64,000 nt of DNA, taken from contig CAWFKB010000007.1 in the NCBI GenBank assembly GCA_963816215.1, positions 89,202 to 153,201 of the forward strand, in the 5' to 3' direction. The stretch comes from an uncultured Chloroflexia bacterium. Its GTDB lineage: Bacteria; Chloroflexota; Limnocylindria; QHBO01. The position numbers were made by a program, and so were the translations under genes. Under the pieces are notes generated by a model. It saw only the letters and a program-made list of their open reading frames with translations. It was not told where the DNA came from and did not search any database. This document shows, one piece after another, positions 37,808 to 48,190 of this stretch (positions are counted from its first letter, which is position 1; each line of letters begins with the position of its first letter).

Positions 37808-38606
37808 CCGAGTCCGGGTACCCCACCCTGCGCATCGCCCACCTCTACCCGTCGCTGCTTAACGTGGCCGGTGACGGAGGCAACGTGATGGCCCTCGTCC
37901 AGCGCTGCGCCTGGCGCGGCATCCCGACCGAGGTCGTCGACGTCGAGCAGGGGGACAAGCCCGACTTCACGACCTTTGACCTGATCCTGTTCCATGGCGG
38001 GCAGGACGTGGAGATGGAGGTCGTGGCGGCCGACCTGGGGCTCAAAGTGCCGTCCCTGCGGGAGGCCGCTGACCAGGGCGTCGTGATCTTCGCGGTGTGC
38101 GCAGGCCTTCAGTTGCTCGGCAACCGGTACACCCCGTCCGACGGCGAGGCCCTGGAGGGCGCGGCCATCCTCGACCTGGAAACCCACGGAGGACCGGAGC
38201 GCTTCATGCAGCACGCGGCGGTCGAGGTGACCCTCAACGGCGAGACGGGCACGGTCGTGGGGTTCGAGAACCATTCAGCGGCCAGACCATCCTCGGCCCC
38301 GGCGCCCAGCCCTTCGGGACCATGGTCGCCGGCGCCGGCAACAACGGCAGCGACGGGACCGAGGGCGCCGTGCGCGACCACGTGTACGCCACCTACCTCC
38401 ACGGACCGGTGCTGCCCAAGAACCCGTGGCTGGCCGACCAGCTCATCAAGATCGCCCTCGAGCGACGGATGGGCCACCCGGTGGAGCTCGCTCCCCTCGA
38501 CGACGAGGCGGAGACGCGCGCCCACGAGGTGACCCTGGCCAAGGCCCTTCGCAATCGCGGTCAGCGGACGGCGCTCACCCCGGCCGAACTGGTCCGCAAC
38601 CGGTAG
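37804..38606 (+). CDS. gatD: Lipid II isoglutaminyl synthase glutaminase subunit GatD (CobQ-type GATase), with one apparent frameshift
   Basis: ATG overlaps the murT stop (ATGA). VIFAVCAGLQLLG carries the Cys nucleophile. The C-terminal half (GAGNNGSDGTEGAV...HGPVLPKNPW) is in another frame from about 38280. Confidence 0.7.
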
Positions 38607-38627
38607 TTCCGGGCCAAAAAAAACTCG

Positions 38628-38657
38628 TTGACGGCGCCGAAAGGCGGCGCCCATACT
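38628..38657 (+). promoter_or_regulatory. Candidate sigma70-type promoter (TTGACG-N18-CATACT) preceded by an A8 tract, upstream of the permease/kinase/oxidase operon
   Basis: TTGACG at 38628-38633 and CATACT at 38652-38657. A8 run at 38616-38623, unusual in a 70% GC sequence. About 100 nt upstream of the TTG start at 38757, which has an AAGGAGA RBS. Confidence 0.35.
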
Positions 38658-38756
38658 CGCGCCCGAATTGCACCCGCGGGCTGCTTCCGCGGGTCGGTGA
38701 TCCTTGTGTCCCTTGCGTCTGTGCCATCGCCCAGAAACGGATGAAGGAGACTCGCC

Positions 38757-40385
38757 TTGACCGCGGATCAGACCCACGCCGAGCAGGTCGCCAAGGATGA
38801 CGCGCACCTCGAGTCGCTCGGCATCAAGCCCCAGCTGAGCCGGCGGCTCGGCTACTTCTCCAGCTTCGCAGTGGCGTTCAGCTACATCAGCGTCGCGACT
38901 GGTTCGTTCACCCAGCAAGCAGTCGCCATTGGAGTGGGCGGCCCGCCCTTCATCTGGGGCTGGTTCCTCGTCATCCTCGGTCAGACGTTCGTGGCCCTGA
39001 ACTTTGCCGAACTGTCGAGCCATTTCCCGGTGGCTGGATCGATTTATCAGTGGTCGAAACGACTTTCGAACAAGACCCTGGGCTGGTTCACCGGCTGGTT
39101 CTACTTCTGGGCCGGTGTCCTGACCGTGACCGCCGTCGCCGCCACCGTCCCGTACGTGATGTCGCCGCTGTTCGGAATCGACCTGTCCGCCGCGAGTCCG
39201 ATCCCGTTCCTCAATACGTGGTCGTTCCTGTCGATCATCGCGCTCCTGGTTTCGACGACCATCAACGCGTTCGGCGTGCGGCTCTTGACCTTCCTGAACA
39301 ACCTCGGTGTCGCCGCCGAGATCCTGGGCATGATCGTGTTCGCCCTGGTCCTGCTGATCTTCGCCAATCACCAGCCGATCTCGGTCATCTTTGACACGTC
39401 GTACACGGCCAACCTGGCTGGTGGGAACTACTTCGCCGTGTTCCTGGTGGGCATGTTCCTCGCCCTGTTCGTGGTCTATGGATTCGACACGGCCGGAACC
39501 TTTGGTGAGGAGACCGTCAACGCCAGCAAGCACGCCCCGCGCGGTGTCCTCGCGGCGATCTGGCTGTCTGGCATCGCCGGGTTCCTGTTCCTGCTCGGCG
39601 TGATTCTGTCCTTCAAGGACATCGGGGCCGCCGTCGCCGAAGGGCAGGCGTTTGGCTTTCCCTTCGCAACCACCATCAAAGAGAACCTGAACCAGGAGTT
39701 AGTCGGGGGAGTGACGCTCGGTGACGTCTATCTGGTGGTCATCCTGATCGCAGTCTCCGTCTGCACCCTGGCCATTCAGGGCGCGACGACCCGCCTGATG
39801 TTCTCGATGGGACGCGACGGCCGCCTGCCGTTCGGGAAGACCTGGGCCCACGTCAACAAGTCCTTCAAGACCCCAACCAATGCCGCGCTCGGAGTGGGCG
39901 TCCTCTCCGTGGTGCCCTTGCTCGTCACCGGCGCGCTGGCGGCGTTCTACCTCGCCATTGCGGCCACCGGAACGATCTACATCAGCTACTTCCTGTGCAA
40001 CTGGGGAGTCCTGCGCGCCCGACGACGCGGCTGGCCGCACAAGGCTGCCTGGTTCAAGCTCGGCAGTTGGGGAACGATCCTCAACTTCCTGGCCCTGGTG
40101 TGGGGCGGGCTGATGATCATCAACATCGGTATCTGGGAGAGCCCGATCTTCGGAGACTTCGGCAACGAACTCCGGAGCATCTGGTCCAACCCGCCGATCA
40201 ACACCTTCCTCCAATGGAACGGTGAGACGCTGTCCGACCTTCCCGCAATCCCGGTGTTCGAGTTCTTCGTCGGCTCGGTCCTGACCATCGGCGTGCTGTA
40301 CTACGTTCTGAGCGGTCAGCGCCGCAAGGAGGACGTCGTCCAACTCGAGGCGGATACCGCCACCGGCGAGACGATGATCGCGTAA
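38757..40385 (+). CDS. APC-family amino acid/amine (choline/ethanolamine-type) permease
   Basis: 542 aa, about 12 TM. TTG start with AAGGAGA 6 nt upstream. Confidence 0.8.
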   Translation: MTADQTHAEQVAKDDAHLESLGIKPQLSRRLGYFSSFAVAFSYISVATGSFTQQAVAIGVGGPPFIWGWFLVILGQTFVALNFAELSSHFPVAGSIYQWSKRLSNKTLGWFTGWFYFWAGVLTVTAVAATVPYVMSPLFGIDLSAASPIPFLNTWSFLSIIALLVSTTINAFGVRLLTFLNNLGVAAEILGMIVFALVLLIFANHQPISVIFDTSYTANLAGGNYFAVFLVGMFLALFVVYGFDTAGTFGEETVNASKHAPRGVLAAIWLSGIAGFLFLLGVILSFKDIGAAVAEGQAFGFPFATTIKENLNQELVGGVTLGDVYLVVILIAVSVCTLAIQGATTRLMFSMGRDGRLPFGKTWAHVNKSFKTPTNAALGVGVLSVVPLLVTGALAAFYLAIAATGTIYISYFLCNWGVLRARRRGWPHKAAWFKLGSWGTILNFLALVWGGLMIINIGIWESPIFGDFGNELRSIWSNPPINTFLQWNGETLSDLPAIPVFEFFVGSVLTIGVLYYVLSGQRRKEDVVQLEADTATGETMIA

Positions 40386-40406
40386 GTTCCCGTTGCGCCC
40401 GCCCAG

Positions 40407-40443
40407 GCGAGCGGCTCGGCGCCCCGGCGCTCGAGCCGCTCGC
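40407..40443 (+). repeat. Strong GC-rich inverted repeat/hairpin between the permease and kinase genes
   Basis: GCGAGCGGCTCG GCGCC CC GGCGC TCGAGCCGCTCGC: arms of about 17 bp with a single bulge. Confidence 0.5.
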
Positions 40444-40475
40444 GCATTTCCGCACGAGATTCGAGGGCCGCTGGA

Positions 40476-41444
40476 TTGACCGATCCCCCCTTTCCCCCGC
40501 CCGATGACGAACCGCTCCACGGCGAGCTGGCGGAGCACCTGTCTGACGCCCTCCAGCGCGTCCCGGAGACGGCCGGGCGCGACCTCACTTTCACCCCGCT
40601 CTCGGGCGGGATCACGAACCGGAACTTCCTGATCACCGTCGCCGGCGAGGCGGATCGGTACGTCATCCGCCTGGCAGGCAACGACACCTTCCTGCTGGGC
40701 ATCAGCCGCGAGGTGGAGCACGCCGCCACCGTGGCCGCCGCCGGCGTGGGGGTGGGCCCCGAGGTGGTCGCCTTCATCAAGCCCGAGGGCTACCTCGTCA
40801 CCCGCTTCATCATCGGTCAGCCGGTCAGCGACGACGCCGTGCGCGATCCCGCCACCCTGGCCCGGGTGGCCGACTCCATCCGCCGGGTCCACGGCGGGCC
40901 GGCCATCCCCGGCCTGTTCGTTCCGTTGCGGATCTGCGACGCGTACCACGCCCTCGCATCGGCCCGCGGCGTCCCGGACCCGGCCGGCTGGGACGCGGCG
41001 CTGGCCGCGGGACGGCGGATCGAGCGCGCCCTGCTGGATGCGCCGCTCCCCCTGGCGCCGTGCCACAACGACCTGCTCAACGCGAACTTCATCGACGACG
41101 GCGAGCGGATCCGGATCGTGGACTGGGAGTACGCCGGCATGGGCGACCTGTTCTTCGACCTGGGCAACTTCAGCATCAACCACGAGCTGAGCCCCGAGCA
41201 GGACGTCACCTTCCTGTGTGCCTACGACCAGACCGATGCGCCTGACCCCGCGCGCCTCGCGCGGCTGACGCTCATGCGCGTGGTGTCCGACTTCCGCGAG
41301 GCAATGTGGGGCGTCCTCCAGCAGGCGATCAGCACCCTGGACGTGGACTTCGTGGAATACGCCGACGAGCACTTCGACCGGCTGCTGCGCCATGCCGCGG
41401 AGCCGCGCTTCGAGGACGCCCTGCGCGAGGTCGCCGGTGGCTGA
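40476..41444 (+). CDS. Choline/ethanolamine kinase-family phosphotransferase (LicA-like)
   Basis: TPLSGGITNRNFLI (Brenner-type) and HNDLLNANFIDDGERIRIVDWEYAGMGDLFFDLGNF. TTG start with GAGGG 9 nt upstream. Confidence 0.75.
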   Translation: MTDPPFPPPDDEPLHGELAEHLSDALQRVPETAGRDLTFTPLSGGITNRNFLITVAGEADRYVIRLAGNDTFLLGISREVEHAATVAAAGVGVGPEVVAFIKPEGYLVTRFIIGQPVSDDAVRDPATLARVADSIRRVHGGPAIPGLFVPLRICDAYHALASARGVPDPAGWDAALAAGRRIERALLDAPLPLAPCHNDLLNANFIDDGERIRIVDWEYAGMGDLFFDLGNFSINHELSPEQDVTFLCAYDQTDAPDPARLARLTLMRVVSDFREAMWGVLQQAISTLDVDFVEYADEHFDRLLRHAAEPRFEDALREVAGG

Positions 41445-43864
41445 CGCCGCGCGCGTCGTGATCATCGGCGGGGGCGTGGGCGGAACAGCCATCGCCTATC
41501 ACCTCGCCCGACTGGGCTGGACCGAGGTCGTGCTCCTCGAACGATCGGAACTGACCAGCGGATCCACGTTCCACTCCGCGGGTCTGGTGGGCCAGCTCCG
41601 CGCCAGCCCGACCTTGACCCGGATGATGGTCGACTCAGTGGATACCTACCGCCAGCTCCAGGCCGAGACCGGCGTGGATCCCGGCTGGCGCGAGGTTGGA
41701 TCGCTCCGCCTGGCCTCCAGCGCCGAACGGATGGAGGAGCTGCGCCGCCAGGCCGGCTGGGCCAAGGCCTATGGGCTCGAGATGGCGCTCGTCTCCGCCG
41801 ACGAGGCGCAGGCCCGCTTCCCGCTCATGTCAACCGCGGGCGTGCTCGGCGCGGCCTGGCTCCCCACCGACGGCTACCTCGACCCCTCGGGTCTGACCCA
41901 GGCCCTCGCCGCGGGCGCCCGCCAGCGCGGAGTGGACATTCGGACCCGGACCCGGGTCACCGCCATCACGGTCGTGAACGGGCGCGTGACCGGGGTGGAG
42001 ACCGATGCCGGACCGATCCAGGCCGAATTCGTCGTCAACGCGGCGGGCATGTTCGCGCCGGAGGTCGGCCGCCTGGCCGGAGTCGCCGTCCCGATCATCC
42101 CGTTCGCGCACCAGTACCTCGTGACCGAGCCCATCGACGGCGTGACCCCGGATCTGCCCGCAGCTGCGTGACCCCGATCATCTGGTCTACTTCCGGCCCG
42201 AGGTCGGCGGCCTGGTGATGGGCGGCTACGAGCGCGATCCGGCCGCGTGGGGACTGGACGGCATCGCCCCCGACTTCAACGGCAAGCTCCTGCCGCCCGA
42301 CTGGCCGCGCTTCGAGGAGATCAGCCGCGGCGCGGTCCTCCGGGTGCCTGCCATGGCCACCGCCGGCGTGCGGCAGCTGATCAACGGCCCGGAGGGCTTC
42401 ACTCCCGACAACGAGTTCATCCTGGGCGAGACCGAGGTGCGCGGCTTCTGGGTCGCCGCCGGCTTCTCGGCCCACGGGATCGCCGGCGCGGGCGGGATGG
42501 GCCGCCAGGTCGCGCACTGGATCGTGGACGGCGAGCCGGAGTACGACCTGTGGAAGATGGACATCCGCCGGTTCGGGGCGCAGTACCGGTCACGAACCGT
42601 CGTCCAGGCGCGGGCCACCGAGAACTACGCGACCTACTACGACATCCACTACCCCAACGAGGAACGGCAGTCCGCCCGGGCGCTGCGCCTCTCCCCAACG
42701 TACGGGCGCCTGGCCGAGCTGGGCTGCGCGTTCGGCGAGAAGTCCGGCTGGGAGCGACCGAACTGGTTCGACAGCAATGCCCCGCCGGGCGACCCGGCGC
42801 TCCGCCCGCGCGGATGGGCGGGCCACCACTGGTCACCGGCCATCGAGGCCGAGGCCCTGGCCACCCGCACGACCGCCGCCCTGTTCGACGAGACGAGCTT
42901 CTCGAAGATCGAGATCAGCGGGTCGGGCGCGCTCGCCTTCCTGCAGCGCCTGTGCGCCAACGACATGGACCGACCCATCGGTCGAATCACGTACACCCAG
43001 ATGCTCAACCGCCGGGGCGGGATCGAGTGCGACTTCACCGTCACCCGCCTCGCGGCGGATCGGTTCTTCATCGTCACCGGCACCGCGTTCGGGAATCACG
43101 ACCTGGGCTGGATCCGGTCGCATGCCCCCGACGACGGCAGCGTGACCCTGACCGATGTGACCTCGGCCCGGGCGTGCCTCGGCATCTGGGGTCCGCGCGC
43201 GCGCGACATCGTGGCCTCGACCAGCACCGATGACTGGTCGAACGACGCATTCCCCTACCTGAGCGCCCGCCAGGTGAGCGTCGGCCCGGTTCCCGTCCTG
43301 GCGCTGCGGGTCACGTATGTCGGGGAGCTGGGCTGGGAGCTCTACGCCCCCATGGAATACGGCCTCGTCCTGTGGGACACGCTGTGGGCCGCCGGGAAAC
43401 CGCACGGCATGGTGGCCGGCGGCTACCGGGCGATCGAGGCACTGCGTCTGGAGAAGGGTTACCGGGTGTGGTCGAGCGACATCACGCCCGACGACTCCCC
43501 GGACCAGGCGGGTTTGGGGTTCGCGGTCCGGATGGGCAAGGCCGAGCTGTTCATCGGCCGCGACGCGCTCGAAGCCGCCCGGGCGGGCGGGGTGGATCGG
43601 CGCCTGTGCTGCCTGGTCCTCGACGAGCCGCTGGCCGTGGCGCTGGGCAACGAGCCGATCCGGATCGGGCAGCAGGTCGTGGGACGCGTGACGTCCGGTG
43701 GCTACGGGTACACGGTCGGGGCCAGCATCGCCTACGGCTACCTCCCCGCGGCGCAGGCCGACGTGAATCAGCGGGTCGAGGTCGAGATCTTCGGGGAGTG
43801 GGTAGGCGGAACGGTGAGCGCCGAGCCGTTGTTCGACCCCAGCGGGGAGCGGATCCGGGCCTGA
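41437..43864 (+). CDS. Dimethylglycine/sarcosine dehydrogenase-family FAD oxidoreductase fused to a GcvT-like aminomethyltransferase domain, with one apparent frameshift
   Basis: GTG overlaps the kinase stop. N-terminal FAD motif VVIIGGGVGGTAIAYHL and a DAO domain. HQYLVTEPIDGV, then a stop in this frame, while LRDPDHLVYFRPEVGGLVMGGYE continues in the next frame from about 42158. C-terminal GcvT-like folate-binding domain. Confidence 0.7.
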
Positions 43865-43865
43865 C

Positions 43866-44618
43866 CTACTGCGCGGCGGCGCGGCGGATGGCCGCGTGGG
43901 CCCGGGCCGCCTCGACGAACGAGGCCCACAGCCGCTCGAACTCGGGGGAGGTGAACTCCGTCCGCTCGGGATGGCTCTGGATGCCCATCACCCAGCGGCT
44001 CGGGTTCGCGTCCTCGAGCGCCTCCACCAGGTCGCCTTCCGGATGCGCGCTATAGCCGCTGACGGTGAGCCCGGTCCCCACCTGGTCCGGACGGACGGCC
44101 TGGTGGTGGTACGTGTTCACCGAGGCGATCGACTCGCCCAGCACCTCGGCCAGTCGCGTTCCGGCCTCGATCTCCATGTCATGGGCCTTGGCCTCGGGCG
44201 CAGGGTACGCCGGGCTGGTGTGGCCCTCGATGTCCTGCACGAGCGCGCCGCCACGGAACACGTTGATGGCCTGCATCCCGCGGCACACGCCAAAGATCGG
44301 GACGTCCTGCGCTTCGGCGGCGGCGAAGGCCGCCTGCTCAAGGGCGTCGCGGCCGGGTTCCACCACGGTCGTGGGATGGGGCTCCTCTCCGTACAGGGCA
44401 GGGGCCAGGTCCGCGCCACCGGACAGCAGCAGGCCGTCCATCGTGTCAAAGGCGGCCTCGCGCTCGGCGGCGCTGCTGTCCTCGTTGAGCGCGATCACGT
44501 CGCCACCGTGTCGCGCCACGGCCTCGAAGTAGCGGTCGTTCTTCTGCCAGGCCACTTCCTCGTTCGCCGCGTGCTCGGGCGACTGGACGGTGACCACGAT
44601 CCGCGGCGGACGATCCAT
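43866..44618 (-). CDS. Gamma-glutamyl-GABA hydrolase-family protein (PuuD-like, class I GATase/peptidase C26)
   Basis: GVCRGMQ nucleophile elbow and a His context near the C-terminus. 250 aa. Confidence 0.75.
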   Translation of the reverse strand: MDRPPRIVVTVQSPEHAANEEVAWQKNDRYFEAVARHGGDVIALNEDSSAAEREAAFDTMDGLLLSGGADLAPALYGEEPHPTTVVEPGRDALEQAAFAAAEAQDVPIFGVCRGMQAINVFRGGALVQDIEGHTSPAYPAPEAKAHDMEIEAGTRLAEVLGESIASVNTYHHQAVRPDQVGTGLTVSGYSAHPEGDLVEALEDANPSRWVMGIQSHPERTEFTSPEFERLWASFVEAARAHAAIRRAAAQ

Positions 44619-44698
44619 GTTTCGATGGTACGCCGGCGTCGTCCCGCCAGACCGGCCGACGGGCAGATTCCTGCCACTCCGCTAGGCTGTCCCGACAT

Positions 44699-45688
44699 AT
44701 GACCGATTCGCGTCGTCTTCGACTTCCCGTGGTCCTGCTCGTCGTTGGCCTGCTGGCCATCGCGACCGCCTGTCAGCCGCCGAGCGCCTCCGCGTGCGGG
44801 CTGGTCGACTACGCGACGACCATCCAGACCGATCTCGACACCCTGACGGCACTGGACGCCACCCAGGTCGCGACGGCCGGGACACCCGACAACGTCACCG
44901 CGCTGGCCACCCTGGACACGCTCGACGCCACGGTGGTCGAAGCCCAGGCGGCCCTCGACGCGGCATCGGACGACGAGGTCAACACCGTGACGCGGACCTC
45001 CTTCCAGGCCGTGCTGGACGCAACCTCGGCCGCAACGTCATCGATGCGGACGGCCATCGAATCCGGAGACGCGGGTCAGGTCAGTTCGGCCATAACCGGT
45101 CTCCAGGTTGCTTCGGCGGCCATCGGCGCGTTCACCGGCCTGGTGAACGGGCTCGGGGAGGACTGCCCGACCGCCTCACCGAGCGAGTCGACAGCCGCGA
45201 GCGCCTCCGCGGAGGCAACGCTCGAACCGACCCTGGCCCCGACCGTCGCACCCACCGCCACCCCCGTCCCACCCACGGACACCCCTGCGCCGACGGCAAC
45301 CCCAGCGGAAACCGAGTCCGAGACGGAGGCTGAAGCCACCCCGACCGCCACGCCTGCGCCGACCGCGACACCTACCCCAACGCCCACCCCCACGCCAACG
45401 CCGAGCCCGTCCCCCACTCTGAGCCCGACTATCGAGCCGAGCCCTTCTGCCTCCGAGCCACCTACGCCGGATGACGAGGGCAGCGGGCTACTGCCGTGGA
45501 TCCTGGTCCTGGGTGTCGGTGGCCTGGGTGCCGCCATCGTCGTCCTGTGGTACGCCAACCGCAACGACGAGGGCGAGCCGCCCGACGAGTTCGGGACGCC
45601 GCCCGACGAGTTCGGTGGACCGGACCAGGGGACCTCCGCACCGCCGCCTGTCGGTGGTGCGCCGCCACCGACCGCGCCGCAGTCCTAG
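44699..45688 (+). CDS. Lipoprotein with Pro/Thr-rich spacer and C-terminal TM anchor
   Basis: LAIATAC lipobox, long TPTPAPTATP low-complexity region, C-terminal hydrophobic helix, PPDEFG repeats. Confidence 0.55.
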   Translation: MTDSRRLRLPVVLLVVGLLAIATACQPPSASACGLVDYATTIQTDLDTLTALDATQVATAGTPDNVTALATLDTLDATVVEAQAALDAASDDEVNTVTRTSFQAVLDATSAATSSMRTAIESGDAGQVSSAITGLQVASAAIGAFTGLVNGLGEDCPTASPSESTAASASAEATLEPTLAPTVAPTATPVPPTDTPAPTATPAETESETEAEATPTATPAPTATPTPTPTPTPTPSPSPTLSPTIEPSPSASEPPTPDDEGSGLLPWILVLGVGGLGAAIVVLWYANRNDEGEPPDEFGTPPDEFGGPDQGTSAPPPVGGAPPPTAPQS

Positions 45689-45755
45689 GTCGCGCCCACC
45701 GGATCCGGCGATTTCGCCAGTTTCGGGCGCGCCCTAACCGGCTCGGTGACCCGGT

Positions 45756-46745
45756 CTACCCGCTGACCGTTGCCTGGGCCGTCGAAGCCTTGAACGTCAG
45801 CCCCCGCTCGAGTTTGGCCTGCACGACGTGGTACGCGATGAGCAGCTGGGTGAGGGCCAACGGGTCGGAGTGCCTCTCGACGCTGCCGTCGAGGTAACTG
45901 CCGATCTCGTCCGGTCGCAGATGACGATGGGTCTCCATGTGCGCCCAGATCCGCTCGTCGAGCTCGAGAGCGCGCGAGGGTGAAACGGTCCCGTCGATCT
46001 CCAGGATCGAGGTACCCGGAGCGTCCGCCTCCGGCTCGAGGCGAATCGGAGGCGGGTCGTCCCGCCCAGCGCTCGCCAGCACGTCCTCGAGGTCGAGATG
46101 CGGCAGCCCGGCGCCGAGCCGCAAACGCACATTCAGATGGGCATCGTCATCGACCGCCGTGCCCGCAAGGAAATAGCCGGGTGGCGGGTAGAACTGGACG
46201 AGCAGGTCGGCGCGCTCGCGCTGAGGTGCGAGGTACAGCCGGTGGTCATCGAGCCTGTCGACGATCTGGCGAATCACCTGCGGCACGCTGTACCCACGCT
46301 CCGCGCAGTCCCGCTTCACCTTCCATGCCCACTTCAGCTCCTCCTGCGGCTGGAGCCACACCCGAACGTCGAACGCGCTCCGGAGGCTCGCCGTCAGCAG
46401 GGGGAAGAGGCCGCGGATGACGACGATCTCCCGCGGGTCGACCTCCTCGCGCGGGCCGAAGGTCCCCGTCGAGTGGTCGTACGTTGGCTTCGAGACGATC
46501 TCGCCGCGCGCGATGGCTGCAACCTGCCGCTCCATCAACTCGATGTCATTGGCAGCCGGGTTGAGGGCCGTCACGCCGAGCCGCTTCCGTTCAGCCCGAT
46601 CCAGCTTGTGATAGTCGTCCAGGCACAGGTTCGTGATCCGTTCCGCGCCGAAGATCCGATACAGGCCCCTGACCAGGGTGGTCTTGCCGCTGCCGCTGTC
46701 GCCTCCGACGGCCACCATCACGGGACGGCCGGTCGTCGTCGCCAC
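45756..46745 (-). CDS. prk: Phosphoribulokinase
   Basis: PRK/uridine-kinase fold with VMVAVGGDSGSGKTT P-loop and ITNLCLDDYHKLDRAERK. GTG start 2 nt after the RuBisCO stop. Confidence 0.75.
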   Translation of the reverse strand: MATTTGRPVMVAVGGDSGSGKTTLVRGLYRIFGAERITNLCLDDYHKLDRAERKRLGVTALNPAANDIELMERQVAAIARGEIVSKPTYDHSTGTFGPREEVDPREIVVIRGLFPLLTASLRSAFDVRVWLQPQEELKWAWKVKRDCAERGYSVPQVIRQIVDRLDDHRLYLAPQRERADLLVQFYPPPGYFLAGTAVDDDAHLNVRLRLGAGLPHLDLEDVLASAGRDDPPPIRLEPEADAPGTSILEIDGTVSPSRALELDERIWAHMETHRHLRPDEIGSYLDGSVERHSDPLALTQLLIAYHVVQAKLERGLTFKASTAQATVSG

Positions 46746-46747
46746 GG

Positions 46748-48085
46748 TCAGAACCTCACGTCCGACCACAGGTCGAGGGCCTGGCGCAACTCGGGACAGC
46801 TCTGTGCCGCATGCTGGAGTGTCTGCCCGGCAGCGACCGCCTCGACCGCGGCGCGCGCCGCAACTGCGCCGGCTCGGCTCCCTCCGGGATGCCCATGCAC
46901 GCCGCCGCCGAACAGGAAGAAGGCATCCGTGCCGAAGACCGCGTGGAGCTGGGGGAGGTGGCCCGGGTGCAGGCCGCCCGAGGCCACGGGCACGACAGGT
47001 TTGATCGCACCCCACTCCTGGTCGAACAGCGTCCCGCCGCCGGCGGGTGCAAATGCGGCGGTCATCATGCGGCGCCGTTCGCCCATCTCCTCGATCGTTC
47101 CTTCGAGCTTCCCCACGCCCGTGCCGACATGGAGATGATCAACGCCCATCAACCGCGCCCACTTTGCGATGACCAGGAAGTCCACGCCGTGATCGGGGTG
47201 ACGATCCATGACCGCGTGCATGGCCCGGTGTGCGTGCAGCGCCAGTCCCAGGCGCTCAGCCTCCGCACGGAGAGACGCGGTCGCCGCAAAACCCGCCGTC
47301 AGAAAGTCGACCATCACGAAACGTCCCCCCCGATCGGCGACCACGTTGGCGCGGCGAAGCATCTCCTCGGTGTTGGCGGCGGTGACGTTGGCCCAGTAGC
47401 CCTTGCGCTCTCCGGTCTCGGCCTCGGCGCGCTGCACGAGCTCAAGTGTTCGCTCGATGCGTTCGTCAAAGGGAGACCACGCCTGACTGTTGAGGTTCTC
47501 GTCGTCCTTGATGGTGTCGATCCCGCCGCTCAGGGTCTCGTAGGCGCGTCGTGCATGCTCAGCCGGCGAGAGTCCCAGCTTCGGCTTAATGGTTGAGCCC
47601 GTGAGCGCCCTGCCATGCACGTTCAGCTTCTCCCGAACGCCCGCCATGCCGAAGGCCGGCCCCGGGAAGGAATCGACCAGGGGGAGCGGGATGCGCATGT
47701 CGAGCAGGCGGAGCGCGCTCACCGCCTTGAAGCCGAACACATTGCCGACCACGCTGGACAGGATGTTCGGAATGCTGCCGAACTCGAACAGGTCGATCGG
47801 GTACGCGATCCAGACGAGGCCGTTGGCGATCCGGTACACGCGCGCCCGAAGCTCGTAGGCCAGACCTTCGTCGTCCTCGCCGACCTCGGTCCACGTCCCG
47901 GTCGAGGATTCGGCCGCCACCGCAGCCGCGGCCTCTTCCATCGACGTGTCCGCCCGCGGAGCGACCTTGAACGCGACCAGCAGATCCGTCGCAATCGGCA
48001 CGTAGTCGAGGGCCAGGTACAGCTCCTGGTACGAGTGGACTCCACGGGTCCGCTCAGGTCCTGTCCGCGCGGTGGTCTGGCTCAC
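46748..48085 (-). CDS. rbcL: Ribulose-1,5-bisphosphate carboxylase/oxygenase large subunit (no small subunit nearby; form II/III-like)
   Basis: 445 aa with the active-site residues of a genuine RuBisCO: GSTIKPKLGLS, GGIDTIKDDENLNSQ, HAHRAMHAV, HLHVGTGVGKLEG, PVASGGLHPG, LFGGGVHGHPGG. N-terminal GTWTEV and VGNVFGF. Confidence 0.85.
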   Translation of the reverse strand: MSQTTARTGPERTRGVHSYQELYLALDYVPIATDLLVAFKVAPRADTSMEEAAAAVAAESSTGTWTEVGEDDEGLAYELRARVYRIANGLVWIAYPIDLFEFGSIPNILSSVVGNVFGFKAVSALRLLDMRIPLPLVDSFPGPAFGMAGVREKLNVHGRALTGSTIKPKLGLSPAEHARRAYETLSGGIDTIKDDENLNSQAWSPFDERIERTLELVQRAEAETGERKGYWANVTAANTEEMLRRANVVADRGGRFVMVDFLTAGFAATASLRAEAERLGLALHAHRAMHAVMDRHPDHGVDFLVIAKWARLMGVDHLHVGTGVGKLEGTIEEMGERRRMMTAAFAPAGGGTLFDQEWGAIKPVVPVASGGLHPGHLPQLHAVFGTDAFFLFGGGVHGHPGGSRAGAVAARAAVEAVAAGQTLQHAAQSCPELRQALDLWSDVRF

Positions 48086-48190
48086 GGCACGCTCATGCCT
48101 CGGATGTTTGAGTCAGCCTCGCAAACCACCGGCCCGCTGGCATAGGGCCATTTGTACCGAAAACGCCGAACTACCCGCTGACCGGCACGA

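Noticed and set aside
45689-45755. Convergent intergenic region between the lipoprotein and prk, checked for a bidirectional terminator
   Set aside because: Only a short GGCGCGCC palindrome and no hairpin with an adjacent T/A tract. High-GC genomes often lack canonical intrinsic terminators, so I make no call.
46748-48085. Possibility that the RuBisCO homolog is a RuBisCO-like protein (RLP) rather than a carboxylase
   Set aside because: All canonical active-site residues are present (KPK with the carbamylated Lys, KDDE, HAHRAMH, HVGTGVGK, SGG, GGG). RLPs characteristically lack several of these.
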